Part shown: piece after piece, positions 18,497 to 27,497 of the stretch
Layout: each line of letters begins with the position of its first letter
Numbering within the stretch: position 1 is the first letter of the stretch
Assembly: GCF_048300925.1 (NCBI RefSeq)
Contig: NZ_CP133759.1
From: Thermithiobacillus tepidarius DSM 3134
GTDB taxonomy: Bacteria > Pseudomonadota > Gammaproteobacteria > Acidithiobacillales > Thermithiobacillaceae
DNA: 32,000 nucleotides
Direction: 5' to 3' (one strand)
Position numbers and translations under genes: made by a program
Notes under the pieces: generated by a model
What the model was told of the DNA's origin: nothing
The model's input: only the letters and a program-made list of their open reading frames with translations
Database searches by the model: none

Positions 18497-19429
18497 TCAT
18501 GGATGGGCGGACACGGGGCGAGGCGGCAACAAGGCCAGGGGATCCTGCGGCCGGCCCTGCTTGCGGACTTCGAAGTGCAGGAGCACCCGACCCGCGTTGC
18601 CCGACTGCCCCATGCGCGCGATCACTTGTCCCGCTTTAACCCAGGCGCCTTCCTTGACCAGGAGCTGCGCGTTGTGGGCGTAAGCGGTGATGTAATTATG
18701 CTCATGACGAATGATGATAAGCCGACCATAACCGCGCAGTCCACTCCCGCTGTACAGAACGCGCCCAGCCGCCGCTGCGCGCACCGGGTCGCCCAGCTTG
18801 CCGCCGATGTCGATGCCGTGGCGCATGCCCGGCCCCGGATCGAAGCGCGCCAGGATGGGCCCGTCGGCGGGCCAGCTCCACGCGGACGCTGCCGGGGTGG
18901 GCTGGGCCGCCGCGGCGGCGGGTTTGGTGTTCGGCACCGCCTTGGGTGTCTCGCCGGCGGGAGCCGCGGCTTTGGGCGCTGGCGGCGGGCTTGCCGTGGC
19001 GGCCACCGCCGGCGCAAGGTCCTGGCCCTTGGGCGCGGCGGGCAGGGAAATGGGCGTGACGGACACCTCCGGCGCCGGGTCGGCGGCGTCCGCGGCCGGG
19101 CGGGCATCGGCAGTGGCAAGGCGCGTATCCGGATCGGGGGCGCGCAGGCGCAGGATCTGACCCACGAGCAGCGTGTCCGGCGAGCTCAGGCGGTTCCACT
19201 GGACCACTTGCGCCGGGCTCAAGCCGAAGCGGCGGGCGATGACGTTCAGGGTGTCGCCCGGCTGCACCCGATAGGTGGCAGGGGGCGGCGATGGACGGGA
19301 AACGACCGGGACGGCGGCATTGAAGGATTTGCTGCTGATCGGCGCCGGGGGATGGGCGGCGCAGGCGCCGAGCAGCAGGCAGGCGGCACCAAGCAGGCTT
19401 CCTCGCATGTAAAGCCGCCCGTGCATCAC
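18497..19429 (-). CDS. nlpD: NlpD-like lipoprotein: LysM + M23 peptidase-family murein hydrolase activator
   Basis: Lipobox LLLGAC, LysM '[29 protein letters not shown]', M23-like '[52 protein letters not shown]'. Start may be an internal Met (MRGSLL). Confidence 0.92.
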   Translation of the reverse strand: MMHGRLYMRGSLLGAACLLLGACAAHPPAPISSKSFNAAVPVVSRPSPPPATYRVQPGDTLNVIARRFGLSPAQVVQWNRLSSPDTLLVGQILRLRAPDPDTRLATADARPAADAADPAPEVSVTPISLPAAPKGQDLAPAVAATASPPPAPKAAAPAGETPKAVPNTKPAAAAAQPTPAASAWSWPADGPILARFDPGPGMRHGIDIGGKLGDPVRAAAAGRVLYSGSGLRGYGRLIIIRHEHNYITAYAHNAQLLVKEGAWVKAGQVIARMGQSGNAGRVLLHFEVRKQGRPQDPLALLPPRPVSAHP

Positions 19430-19436
19430 AACCCCT

Positions 19437-20069
19437 TCAACACACCCCGGACAGCAGCGGCACGAAGCAGCATTCGGTCAGCGTCTCCATCTGCACGCCC
19501 TGCGCGTCGCGCCGGAACACCACCAGGCGCTGCTGTCGCCCTTCGCCCAGCGGCATCACCAGGCGACCGCCCGGCTGCAGCTGGGCGATCAGGGCCTCCG
19601 GCGCAAAGCCGGCGGCGGCGGTGACCAGTATGCCGTCGAAGGGCGCCTTCTCCGGCCAGCCCTGGGCGCCATCACCGTGGCGCAGGACGATGCGGGTCAA
19701 GCCCATCTCGCGGAAGCGGGCCTGCGCCTGCTGATGGAAAAAGGCGAGCCGCTCGATGCTGTAGACGTAGGGCACCAGGGCCGCCAGCACCGCCGTCTGA
19801 TAGCCGGAGCCGGTGCCGATTTCCAGCACCCGCTGCAAGGGGCCGCCGGCCAGGAGCACTTCGGTCATGTGCGCCACGGTCCAGGGCTGGGACAGGGTCT
19901 GGCCGTAGCCGATGGGCAGCGCCGAATCCTCGTAGGCGCGGCTGGCCAGGGCCTCCTCCACGAAGAGATGGCGCGGCACCTCGTAGATCGCCCGCAACAC
20001 CATTTCGCTCTTGATGCCCTGGGCGCGCAGGCGCTCCACCAGGCGCGCGCGCGTGCGCCGGGAAGTCAT
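19437..20069 (-). CDS. pcm: Protein-L-isoaspartate O-methyltransferase
   Basis: 'VPRHLFVEEALASRAYEDSALPIGYGQTLSQPWTVAHMTEVL', 'VLEIGTGSGYQTAVLA'. Start MTSRRTRARL at 20069 favoured over 20108. Confidence 0.94.
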   Translation of the reverse strand: MTSRRTRARLVERLRAQGIKSEMVLRAIYEVPRHLFVEEALASRAYEDSALPIGYGQTLSQPWTVAHMTEVLLAGGPLQRVLEIGTGSGYQTAVLAALVPYVYSIERLAFFHQQAQARFREMGLTRIVLRHGDGAQGWPEKAPFDGILVTAAAGFAPEALIAQLQPGGRLVMPLGEGRQQRLVVFRRDAQGVQMETLTECCFVPLLSGVC

Positions 20070-20077
20070 GCCTACCC

Positions 20078-20839
20078 CTAGTTCTCGTGGTGGGTGCTGC
20101 TTAACCATTGGCTTAGCGTATCAAGAAAGACGTAGCGCGTCATGTCCAGGTTCAGGGGCGTGATGGACACGTAGCCCCGCCGCACCGCGTCGAAATCCGT
20201 GCCGAGCCCGGCGTCCGCCTCGCGGCCGGCGGGGCCGATCCAGTAGACAGGCTCCCCGCGCGGATCGCTTGACTGGATGACCGGCTCGCTCTTGTGCCGG
20301 CGCCCGAGGCGGGTCACTTCGAAGCCGCGCAGTTCCGCGTAGGGCAAGTCGGGCACGTTCACATTGAGGATGGTATCCGCGGGCAAGGGGTTGCTCAGTA
20401 TGCGCGACACCAAGTCCAGGGCCACCCGCCCGGCCGTGGCATAATGGGTATAGTTAGTCCCCACCAGGGAAATCGCAACGGCCGGCAAGCCCAGGAAGCG
20501 GCCCTCGGAGGCCGCCGCCACCGTGCCCGAATAGATGACGTCATCGCCCAGGTTGGCGCCGCGGTTGATGCCGCTGATCACCATGTCGGGCTCCTCGGGC
20601 ATCAGCCCGGTCACGGCCAAGTGCACGCAGTCCGTCGGGGTGCCGTTCACGTAAAAAAAACCGTTCTCGCCGCGGCGGCAGCGCAGCGGCCGGTCGAGGG
20701 TCAGGGAGTTGCTGGCACCGCTGCGATCCCGGTCGGGCGCCACCACCACGAGCTCGCCCATGCTGGACAGTGCTTCGGCCAGCACCGCCAGGCCGGGCGC
20801 CAGGTAGCCATCATCATTGCTGAGCAGAAAGCGACGCAT
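20078..20839 (-). CDS. surE: 5'-nucleotidase SurE
   Basis: '[24 protein letters not shown]', '[17 protein letters not shown]', '[29 protein letters not shown]'. Confidence 0.96.
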   Translation of the reverse strand: MRRFLLSNDDGYLAPGLAVLAEALSSMGELVVVAPDRDRSGASNSLTLDRPLRCRRGENGFFYVNGTPTDCVHLAVTGLMPEEPDMVISGINRGANLGDDVIYSGTVAAASEGRFLGLPAVAISLVGTNYTHYATAGRVALDLVSRILSNPLPADTILNVNVPDLPYAELRGFEVTRLGRRHKSEPVIQSSDPRGEPVYWIGPAGREADAGLGTDFDAVRRGYVSITPLNLDMTRYVFLDTLSQWLSSTHHEN

Positions 20840-20971
20840 GCGGTATCTACGGAAATTGAAGGAAGCCGCCGAGCACCCGTTTTCCGGTTCTGGCTCAACG
20901 GGGCCGACAAGCGGCCGCTGCCGCCATCTTACCCGCTTTTCCCCGGCGGCAAAAGCGCGCTGCCGGCAGCA

Positions 20972-21607
20972 TCAGCGGTATTCGACCAGCGCTTCGAGCG
21001 GCAGCCGGTGGCGTGCCGGCTGGGGCTGCGCCCGATAGCCCAGCGGCAGGATGAGCGCCACTTCGTAACGCCTGCCGTCGATGTCCAGCACCTCCCGGAC
21101 CGCCGCCGGATCGAAGCCGCCGATGGGGCAGGAGTCGATGCCGATGGCGGCGGCTGCCGTCATCATGTTGGCGGCGGCGATGTGGCACTGGGCGACGCTC
21201 CAGGCGACCAAGTCGACGCGTTGCGCAAAGTCCGCATAGAACCGGAGCAGGCCCTCGTATTCCGCCTGCGGCACCTCGCGCTTGAGCAGGGCGCGGACGT
21301 ACTCGCTGTCCGGCGCCAGCTCCGCTTTCTTGGCCAGTATGACGACGGCGGCGCTGCACGAGCCGAGTTGCGGCTGGTCGCCGCAGGCGCCTTGCAACTG
21401 CGTCTTCAGCGCCGGCGTCCGGACCACGATGAATTTCCAGTGCTCCAGGCCCATGGAGGACGGGGACAGCCGGCCCGCCTCCAGGATGAATTCCAGATCC
21501 TCCCCCGGTATCTGCCTGGTCTTGTCGAAATGCTTGCAGGCATGGCGGAAGCGGAGCGCGCTCAGGAGGGTTTCTTTCACGGGCTGTGTCTCTGTTGGCA
21601 GTGGCAT
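20972..21607 (-). CDS. Nitroreductase family NAD(P)H-dependent oxidoreductase
   Basis: 'LLSALRFRHACKHFDKTRQIPGEDLEFILEAGRLSPSSMGLEHWKFIVV' and 'GIDSCPIGGFDPAAVREVL'. Exact start uncertain (ATG 21607 or GTG 21580). Confidence 0.88.
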   Translation of the reverse strand: MPLPTETQPVKETLLSALRFRHACKHFDKTRQIPGEDLEFILEAGRLSPSSMGLEHWKFIVVRTPALKTQLQGACGDQPQLGSCSAAVVILAKKAELAPDSEYVRALLKREVPQAEYEGLLRFYADFAQRVDLVAWSVAQCHIAAANMMTAAAAIGIDSCPIGGFDPAAVREVLDIDGRRYEVALILPLGYRAQPQPARHRLPLEALVEYR

Positions 21608-21660
21608 CAGGCAAGCATAGCAGCCGGGACACGGGAAGCAAGCCCGCGGTCGCGGGTGCA

Positions 21661-21689
21661 ATAAAAAGGGGCCAGGTTGCCCCGGCCCC
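21661..21689 (-). terminator. Rho-independent terminator after beta-propeller gene
   Basis: Minus strand GGGGCCGGGGCAACCTGGCCCCTTTTTAT: 6-bp GC stem and T-tract. Confidence 0.8.
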
Positions 21690-21714
21690 CGCGCGGCAGA
21701 AGCCGCCAATACGC

Positions 21715-22770
21715 TCAGTACTTGAGTTTGCCCAGCTGATTGCCCCGGGTCTCAGTGAACCAGACGGTCTTGCACTCATCGTCGATCGCCAGCCCCATCG
21801 GCATACTGACCGGCGTGGGGATGCGGTGCTCGATGATTTGCGAGCTTTCGGGCGCACTGGGGTTCGGGATCAGCTGACCGATCTGATTACCCTCCATTTC
21901 CGTAAACCAGACATTGCCATACATGTCCTGCATGGCCATCATGGGCAAGCTGGCTTTGGTCAGGATCTTGTAGAGGGTGATCTTCTTGCCATCCAGACTG
22001 ATGGAACCGATGCGGTTGCCCAGGGTCTCCGTGAACCAGACGACGTTCTGATCCGCCTGCATGGGCATGTAGCTGATGCCCATCGGGCGGGCGAGGCCCG
22101 GCAGCTCGTAGCGCTCGAACTTGCCCGTCGCTGTCCGGTATACGCTCACCTTGCCGCTGACCGACTCGGCAAACCAGACATCGCCGTTCTTGTCCACCGT
22201 CAGACCGGTGGGACCGGCGCGGCCCTTCCCGGGGATTTTGTACTCCACCACCTGACCATTGGGGAGCCTCTTGGTGATCTGATCCCGCCACATCTCCGCA
22301 AACCAGATGTTGCCTTGCGCGTCTTCACCGACGCCCATGGGCATGCTGGCAGCGGAGGGAATGGAGGTCTCGGTGTGCTCGCCAGAGGTCTTCATGTTGG
22401 TGATGTAGTTCCCAACAGCAGAAACCCAAGCGCTGTTGTCCTTGGAATCCACGCGTATGTTCATTGGCCCACTGGCCGGTGACATGTCGTAGATGGCCCA
22501 AGGCTGGGCAGGGTCCGAAACGTAGGCAAGCTTGCCGGCCGTGAACAGGCCGACCCATAGCTTGTGATCACACGTCTGGCCGCCTGCGGGCTCACTGGTC
22601 AGCCCGACGTGCAGTGGCATGGACACCGGGATCGGGGAGCGGAACTCCTCGATGACGGCGGCGGAAGCCTGCACGGAAAACAGACCGAACGACGCGACCA
22701 CGACCAGATCGCGAAGCAGCTTGCTGCCCGAACGAACCTTGCCGGCTACGGTTTCTTTCTGGAAAGACAT
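21715..22770 (-). CDS. Exported virginiamycin B lyase (Vgb)-like / streptogramin-lyase-type beta-propeller protein
   Basis: ATG 22770 preceded by GGAGG; signal-like N-terminus ending SVQASA; repeated blades with GNIWFAE, GDVWFAE, VVWFTETLGNRIG, GNVWFTEMEGNQIG, TVWFTETRGNQLG. Confidence 0.85.
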   Translation of the reverse strand: MSFQKETVAGKVRSGSKLLRDLVVVASFGLFSVQASAAVIEEFRSPIPVSMPLHVGLTSEPAGGQTCDHKLWVGLFTAGKLAYVSDPAQPWAIYDMSPASGPMNIRVDSKDNSAWVSAVGNYITNMKTSGEHTETSIPSAASMPMGVGEDAQGNIWFAEMWRDQITKRLPNGQVVEYKIPGKGRAGPTGLTVDKNGDVWFAESVSGKVSVYRTATGKFERYELPGLARPMGISYMPMQADQNVVWFTETLGNRIGSISLDGKKITLYKILTKASLPMMAMQDMYGNVWFTEMEGNQIGQLIPNPSAPESSQIIEHRIPTPVSMPMGLAIDDECKTVWFTETRGNQLGKLKY

Positions 22771-23023
22771 AGTACCTCCACGATTATAGTTATTGACTAA
22801 ACAGAACGCCTTACCCCGAAAACCGTTCGAGGCAGCCAACGTCCATCGGATTGAGCAGTCTCTTGGTTCTATCACCCCCTTTTTCTTTCTCTACGCTGAT
22901 TGATCTCTCCCCGGTTCCGCTTGGCCACACTGGCTTCAGCGCGCAGAAATCGAACTGATAATTACTCTAAGAATCAATTAAATATTTTGGGTCACCTGCG
23001 GTGGAGCCAATCTCTCGAAGGAT

Positions 23024-23587
23024 TCAGCCGCCGAGCGGCGGGAAGAATGGCGGCACCGCCAGTTGCTTCGGGGCGTACACGAACCACCATTCCGAGTACT
23101 TGTCCTTGCCGGCAAGTCCCCGATCGGCCGCGTGGAAGTTGCCGGTTTTTAGCGGTTTGTCCGTCGACAGGCTGTAAACTCCGATGATGCCCCCGCTCGG
23201 CTCCTTCACCAGGCCCCATTCCGCCTGGCCCGTCAAGGGATCGCGGTAGAGCCGGCGCAGATAGCGCTGGGTGGTGATCTGGCGCGGGTCTTTGAGCAGG
23301 TCCTCCAAGCGCCGGGGATAGGCCTTGGCGCCGCCGGGAGAGCGTTCGTAGTACTGGCCGATGGCCTCCCGGAATTGGTTGCCGATGAACAGCAGTTCCT
23401 TTTCTTTCTCCCGCTGCTGCTGGGTGTGCCAAACCGTGCCGGTCAGGGAAAGACCGGCTCCCAGCAGGACCATCGCCAGCAGCAGTCCCAGATAGGTGAA
23501 ACCGCCCTGCCCGCCGGCCACGCGGGCCGGGTCCGCCGCTGTAGAGGCTGCCGGCCGCAACCGGGCGATCCTGTGAACGCTCGACAT
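23024..23587 (-). CDS. Type II secretion / type IV pilin-like pseudopilin with non-canonical N-terminal helix (no Glu5)
   Basis: 'GGQGG/FTYLGLLLAMVLLGAGLSLTGTVWHTQQQREKEKELLFIGNQFREAIGQYYERSPG', typical pseudopilin helix followed by globular domain. Confidence 0.8.
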   Translation of the reverse strand: MSSVHRIARLRPAASTAADPARVAGGQGGFTYLGLLLAMVLLGAGLSLTGTVWHTQQQREKEKELLFIGNQFREAIGQYYERSPGGAKAYPRRLEDLLKDPRQITTQRYLRRLYRDPLTGQAEWGLVKEPSGGIIGVYSLSTDKPLKTGNFHAADRGLAGKDKYSEWWFVYAPKQLAVPPFFPPLGG

Positions 23588-23983
23588 TCACCACTCGCTG
23601 TAGGGCGTGCCGTCCGAAGCCTTGCCCGACGCCCCGCTCTTCACATCGAAAACGCCGCTTTGCTCCGGATCGTCCGGCATCACCGCAACCCAGGTGCCGC
23701 TGCTGCCGGTGAAGGGGTCGACCGGCAGTTTGCGCAGGTATTTCCCGGTCACCAGCGCATCGAGGTCTGCCGGATACTTGCCGGTATCGCCATAGTACTT
23801 GTCGATGGCATCACGCATGAGGCTGAGGTCCTGGCGCAGCACCGCCTCCTGGGCGCGCTCGGTCTGGTGCATGTAGCGCGGCGCCACGATCGTCAGCAGC
23901 GTGGCGATGATGGCCATCACCACGAGCATTTCGATGAGCGTGAAACCGTTTGCCTGCTTGCTCTCGTGCATGGGAATCACCAC
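23588..23983 (-). CDS. Type II secretion system pseudopilin (GspG-like)
   Basis: 'ANG/FTLIEMLVVMAIIATLLTIVAPRYMHQTERAQEAVLRQDLSLMRDAIDKYYGDTGKYP'. Confidence 0.9.
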   Translation of the reverse strand: MVIPMHESKQANGFTLIEMLVVMAIIATLLTIVAPRYMHQTERAQEAVLRQDLSLMRDAIDKYYGDTGKYPADLDALVTGKYLRKLPVDPFTGSSGTWVAVMPDDPEQSGVFDVKSGASGKASDGTPYSEW

Positions 23984-24492
23984 TCGCGGTAGGGAATGCC
24001 GTTGAGGCCGGTCCGGTCGTTGCGCGAGTACACGTCGAAGACGTCCTCGCCCGCCTGCGGATCCTCCGGCGCGCTGGCATAGCTGCGCAGGCCCCAGGTC
24101 TCCTCGGCCGGGATGCCCGGATCCGACACCATGGGGTCGCGGGGGATGCGGCGCAGAAAGTAGATCTTCGCGCGGCCAGGATGCTTGGCATCCTCGACCC
24201 CGGCGGCCAGCGCCTGCAGGCTGGGCGGATAGCCGGAGGCATCGGCCGCCCTGGTGATGCGGCCCTCGTCAACGGCCTGTTTGTAGGCATCGATGGCCGT
24301 GCGGATCTCGCGCAGGGCGCTGCGCAGTTCCTGCTCCTTGCTGCGCTGCACCGCGAGTTCGGCCATGGGCATGGCCGCGGTCGCCAGAATCCCCACGATG
24401 GCGACCGTGATCACCAGTTCGATCAGGGTGAAGCCATCGCAGCGGCTGCCGGAGAGGCGGACGGGCACGCCCTGGCCGCGCTTACTCGCCAT
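23977..24492 (-). CDS. Type II secretion system pseudopilin (second GspG/PilE-like)
   Basis: 'CDG/FTLIELVITVAIVGILATAAMPMAELAVQRSKEQELRSALREIRTAIDAYKQAVD'. Confidence 0.9.
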   Translation of the reverse strand: MASKRGQGVPVRLSGSRCDGFTLIELVITVAIVGILATAAMPMAELAVQRSKEQELRSALREIRTAIDAYKQAVDEGRITRAADASGYPPSLQALAAGVEDAKHPGRAKIYFLRRIPRDPMVSDPGIPAEETWGLRSYASAPEDPQAGEDVFDVYSRNDRTGLNGIPYREW

Positions 24493-26413
24493 TCTCCTGA
24501 TCCTCCGGCTCGGTGGCGGGCAGCGTCGCGTTGGCGCCCGGGGTGGCCTGGGCCGGTGCGGGAGCCGCAGGCGGCGTACCGGACGGGGGCGGTGTCGCCG
24601 GCTGCTCCGCTGCAGGGGCAGGCACTGGCGCAGGCTCGCTCACGGGCAGGCTGCCGCGCAGGTTCAGCGAGGCGCCACCGACGGCTGCATCGGTGCCGGC
24701 GGCGAAGTCCACCGCCGTGGGCAACGGGCGATCCAGGTTGCGCACGATGTGCGGCGTGATCAGCAGCACGATCTCGGTTTTGTCCTTGCTCTTGCTTCTG
24801 CTGGCGAACAGACGGCCGATGGCCGGGATCTGGCCGAAGCCGGGGATGCCGGTGACGGTCTTGCGCTCCTGATCGTTGATCAGACCGGCCAGGGCCTGGG
24901 TTTCGCCATCGCGCAGGCGCAGGGTGGTGGAGGCATTGCGGGTGCCGACCCGGTACACCTCGCTGCCGCTGCGGGTCACGGTTTTCTGCCCGAGGCTGCT
25001 GACCTCCAGACCGACTTTGATGGATACCTCGTCATCCAGCGAGATGAGCGGCTCCACTTCGAGCTTGATGCCCACGTCGAGGTAGTTCACCGTTTCCGGC
25101 AGGAAGCTCGTGGTGCCGGCGGAGGTCACGGTGGTGGTGATGACCGGCACCCGCTCACCGATGTGCACCTTGGCCTTCTCCTTGTTCTTCACGCGGATGC
25201 GCGGGTTGGCCAGCAGGTTGGTATCGCCGTTCTCCATGCGGGCCCGCACGGTGGCGGACAGGGGCGATACCCCGACGCGGCTCGCGGTGATCTGCTGGAG
25301 ATCGGCCAGAGTCAGCGTGGGCGGCGCGAGGCCCAGAGTGGTCACGGTGGCCTCGGTGGGCGGCGTGATGCCCAGATCCGTCAGGCGCGTGCGGCTCACC
25401 TCCAGCACCTCCACCTCCAGCAGCACTTCCGGCTCGGCCAGATCCTGGGTCGCCAGCACCTTTTCCGCCAGGCGGATGGCGTCGGGCGTGTCGCGCATGG
25501 TGAGGGTGTTGAGCTTCTCATCGATGAACACGTCGCGCGTCTTGACGATGGTCTTGATCAGGTTGAGCGCCTGTTTGGCGTCGGCATTGGCGAGATAGAA
25601 GGTCCTGACTCGCAGTTCCTGATAATCCCGGTTCTTGGCCGGGATGTTGGGATAGATCAGCACGCTGTTCTCGTTCAGCACCTTCTTGGCCAGCTGGTTG
25701 GTCACCAGCAGGAAATCGATGACATCCTCGATGGTGGTGTTCTTGACGAAGAGGCTGGCCTTGAGGTCGGGCCGGACATCCTTGTCGAAGAGGAAGTTGA
25801 TGCCGGCTGTCCGGGAGATGACTTCGAAGATGGCCTTCAGATTGGCGTCGCGGAACTCCAGGGTGATGGGCTTTTTGAAGGTCGATTTCAGGGTCGGCGC
25901 CGCGGACTTTGCCTGCGCCGCCTGCTCCTCGACCCGTTGCAGCAGGGCTCGCGCCTGGCGGTGGCGCGGATTCTCGGCGAGCACGGCCTGCAGCTTCGCC
26001 GTCGCTGCGTCGGCATCGCCTTGGCGCGCCAGCGCTTCGGCATCCGCCAGCAGGGCCTCGTGGCGCCGCTCCGTCGCAATCGCCGCCATGCCCGCCCGTG
26101 CGCGCTCGCTGCGGGGGTCGACGGCCAGGACGCGCTGGTAAGCCGCTTCCGCCGCGTCGTAGCGGGCCAGCACGCGCGCCGTGTCGGCCTCGCCGAGCAG
26201 CTTGTTGACGGCAATTTCGCGCTGGCGGGCCAGGGTAATGCGGTATTCCTTGTTGCCGGGCTCGAGCCTGACGGCTTTTTGCAGCTGTTCCAGCCCCATT
26301 GCGGCCTTGCCTTCGTTGAGGAGGCGGTTGCCCTTGCGGTAAGCCTGATCGCCTGCGCAGCCGGATACGGCGGCAGCGATCACCAGAGGTGCAATCAGTT
26401 TCTTCAAACTCAA
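24482..26413 (-). CDS. gspD: Secretin of T2SS/T4P/MSHA type, lipoprotein with N-terminal TPR-like region
   Basis: Signal/lipobox 'LIAPLVIAAAVSGC', TPR-like repeats, STN 'LEFRDANLKAIFEVISRTAGINFLFD', secretin 'VPVITTTVTSAG...VNYLDVGIKLEVEPLI...TKTEIVLLITPHIV'. Confidence 0.92.
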   Translation of the reverse strand: MSLKKLIAPLVIAAAVSGCAGDQAYRKGNRLLNEGKAAMGLEQLQKAVRLEPGNKEYRITLARQREIAVNKLLGEADTARVLARYDAAEAAYQRVLAVDPRSERARAGMAAIATERRHEALLADAEALARQGDADAATAKLQAVLAENPRHRQARALLQRVEEQAAQAKSAAPTLKSTFKKPITLEFRDANLKAIFEVISRTAGINFLFDKDVRPDLKASLFVKNTTIEDVIDFLLVTNQLAKKVLNENSVLIYPNIPAKNRDYQELRVRTFYLANADAKQALNLIKTIVKTRDVFIDEKLNTLTMRDTPDAIRLAEKVLATQDLAEPEVLLEVEVLEVSRTRLTDLGITPPTEATVTTLGLAPPTLTLADLQQITASRVGVSPLSATVRARMENGDTNLLANPRIRVKNKEKAKVHIGERVPVITTTVTSAGTTSFLPETVNYLDVGIKLEVEPLISLDDEVSIKVGLEVSSLGQKTVTRSGSEVYRVGTRNASTTLRLRDGETQALAGLINDQERKTVTGIPGFGQIPAIGRLFASRSKSKDKTEIVLLITPHIVRNLDRPLPTAVDFAAGTDAAVGGASLNLRGSLPVSEPAPVPAPAAEQPATPPPSGTPPAAPAPAQATPGANATLPATEPEDQENGE

Positions 26414-26949
26414 GTTCTGTCTCCCAGATAGAGCGTTTGCTTGGCATCCATGGGCAGGTAGGTCACGGTCAGCGCCTGCGGCCTGATCTCGTCCACCCGA
26501 TAGAGGGAGTCGATGACGTCGCCGGTCTTGACCGCCAGATTGCGGTCCTGGAAGGACAGGAACACGGTCGTTTCGCCGTCGTCCAGGAGCTTGCCCAGGT
26601 AGGTGAACGGCAGCGGGGGCGGCGCCGGCGGCGGGGGCGGAGGCGGCGGCAGCTGGGGCGCCGGCGCGACCTTGGGCGGCGGCGCCCAGGACTTGCTCGC
26701 GAACACGTCATCCACGTCGCCGAGCTCCACCGCGCGCTGCAGCTTGTCGAGCTGCAACGCATCCACAGGCGCTTCCGGCGTGCGGGCCAGCCGCACCTCC
26801 CGCGGTGCCTGACCGCTCGCCGGGCGGGATGCGCGCGCATTCGCATCGCCGGCGTCTTCCTGTTGATTGGCCCAGACGGTCGCGACCAGGGTGGCGGCCA
26901 GGGCCAGCCCCAGGGCGATCCGGCGCTGATTGTGGGACAAGGCCATCAC
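26410..26949 (-). CDS. PilP/GspC-like inner-membrane-anchored periplasmic protein with polyproline linker
   Basis: N-terminal TM, '[57 protein letters not shown]' resembles GspC HR/PilP domain. Confidence 0.65.
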   Translation of the reverse strand: MMALSHNQRRIALGLALAATLVATVWANQQEDAGDANARASRPASGQAPREVRLARTPEAPVDALQLDKLQRAVELGDVDDVFASKSWAPPPKVAPAPQLPPPPPPPPAPPPLPFTYLGKLLDDGETTVFLSFQDRNLAVKTGDVIDSLYRVDEIRPQALTVTYLPMDAKQTLYLGDRT

Positions 26950-27497
26950 GCACCTCCCAGATACAAGGTCAACTTGATTTGCGCTTTCACGTCGCTGTCT
27001 CCCACCCGCTCTTTCTGGAAGCTCACGGCATCGAGTGAGGCGGTGGGAATGTCCTTCAGCACGCCGGCCACGAAGCGGCGCACCCGGATGTAGGGTCCGG
27101 TGACCGGCAAGGTGATCTCGTACCGGGTCAGCCTGACGCCCTTGTCCGCCACGATCCGGTACTCGCCCTCCTCCAGCTGCAGCTTTTCCTGCGCGGCGGC
27201 CTGGAAGATCCTGTCCAGCGAGAGCGGCGCCTGGGCGCCGTCTGGGAAGTGTGCGTAGAAGGCGGCCAGCTGGGCGGCCGGGTCCGCCTGCTGGAAGACC
27301 GGGGAGCGGCCCGCCTGACGTTGTTTCTGCTGCAGCAGGCGGCCGGCTTCCGCCTGCAGCTGCGCAATTTCCGCCCGCGCCGGCGCGATGGCCGTGAAAT
27401 GCAACGCCGCCGCGCCGGCCAGCAGGCCGATTCCCGCCGCGCCCTGCCAGCCGATGCGCTGCAGCCCGCGCCGCATCATCCAGATCACCCGCTTCAT
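26946..27497 (-). CDS. PilO/GspM-like inner membrane platform protein
   Basis: Start MKRVIWMMRRGLQRIGWQ (27497); N-terminal TM, coiled coil, ferredoxin-like region; position in operon; overlaps neighbours by 4 nt. Confidence 0.65.
   Translation of the reverse strand: MKRVIWMMRRGLQRIGWQGAAGIGLLAGAAALHFTAIAPARAEIAQLQAEAGRLLQQKQRQAGRSPVFQQADPAAQLAAFYAHFPDGAQAPLSLDRIFQAAAQEKLQLEEGEYRIVADKGVRLTRYEITLPVTGPYIRVRRFVAGVLKDIPTASLDAVSFQKERVGDSDVKAQIKLTLYLGGA

Noticed and set aside
22783-22788. TATAAT hexamer just upstream of the beta-propeller start (minus strand)
   Set aside because: It lies a few nt from the GGAGG ribosome binding site, has no good -35 at 16-18 nt, and would place the TSS within or beside the RBS; probably fortuitous.
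24293-26431. 712-aa plus-strand ORF opposite the secretin
   Set aside because: Antisense GC-rich artefact; the minus strand encodes an unmistakable secretin.
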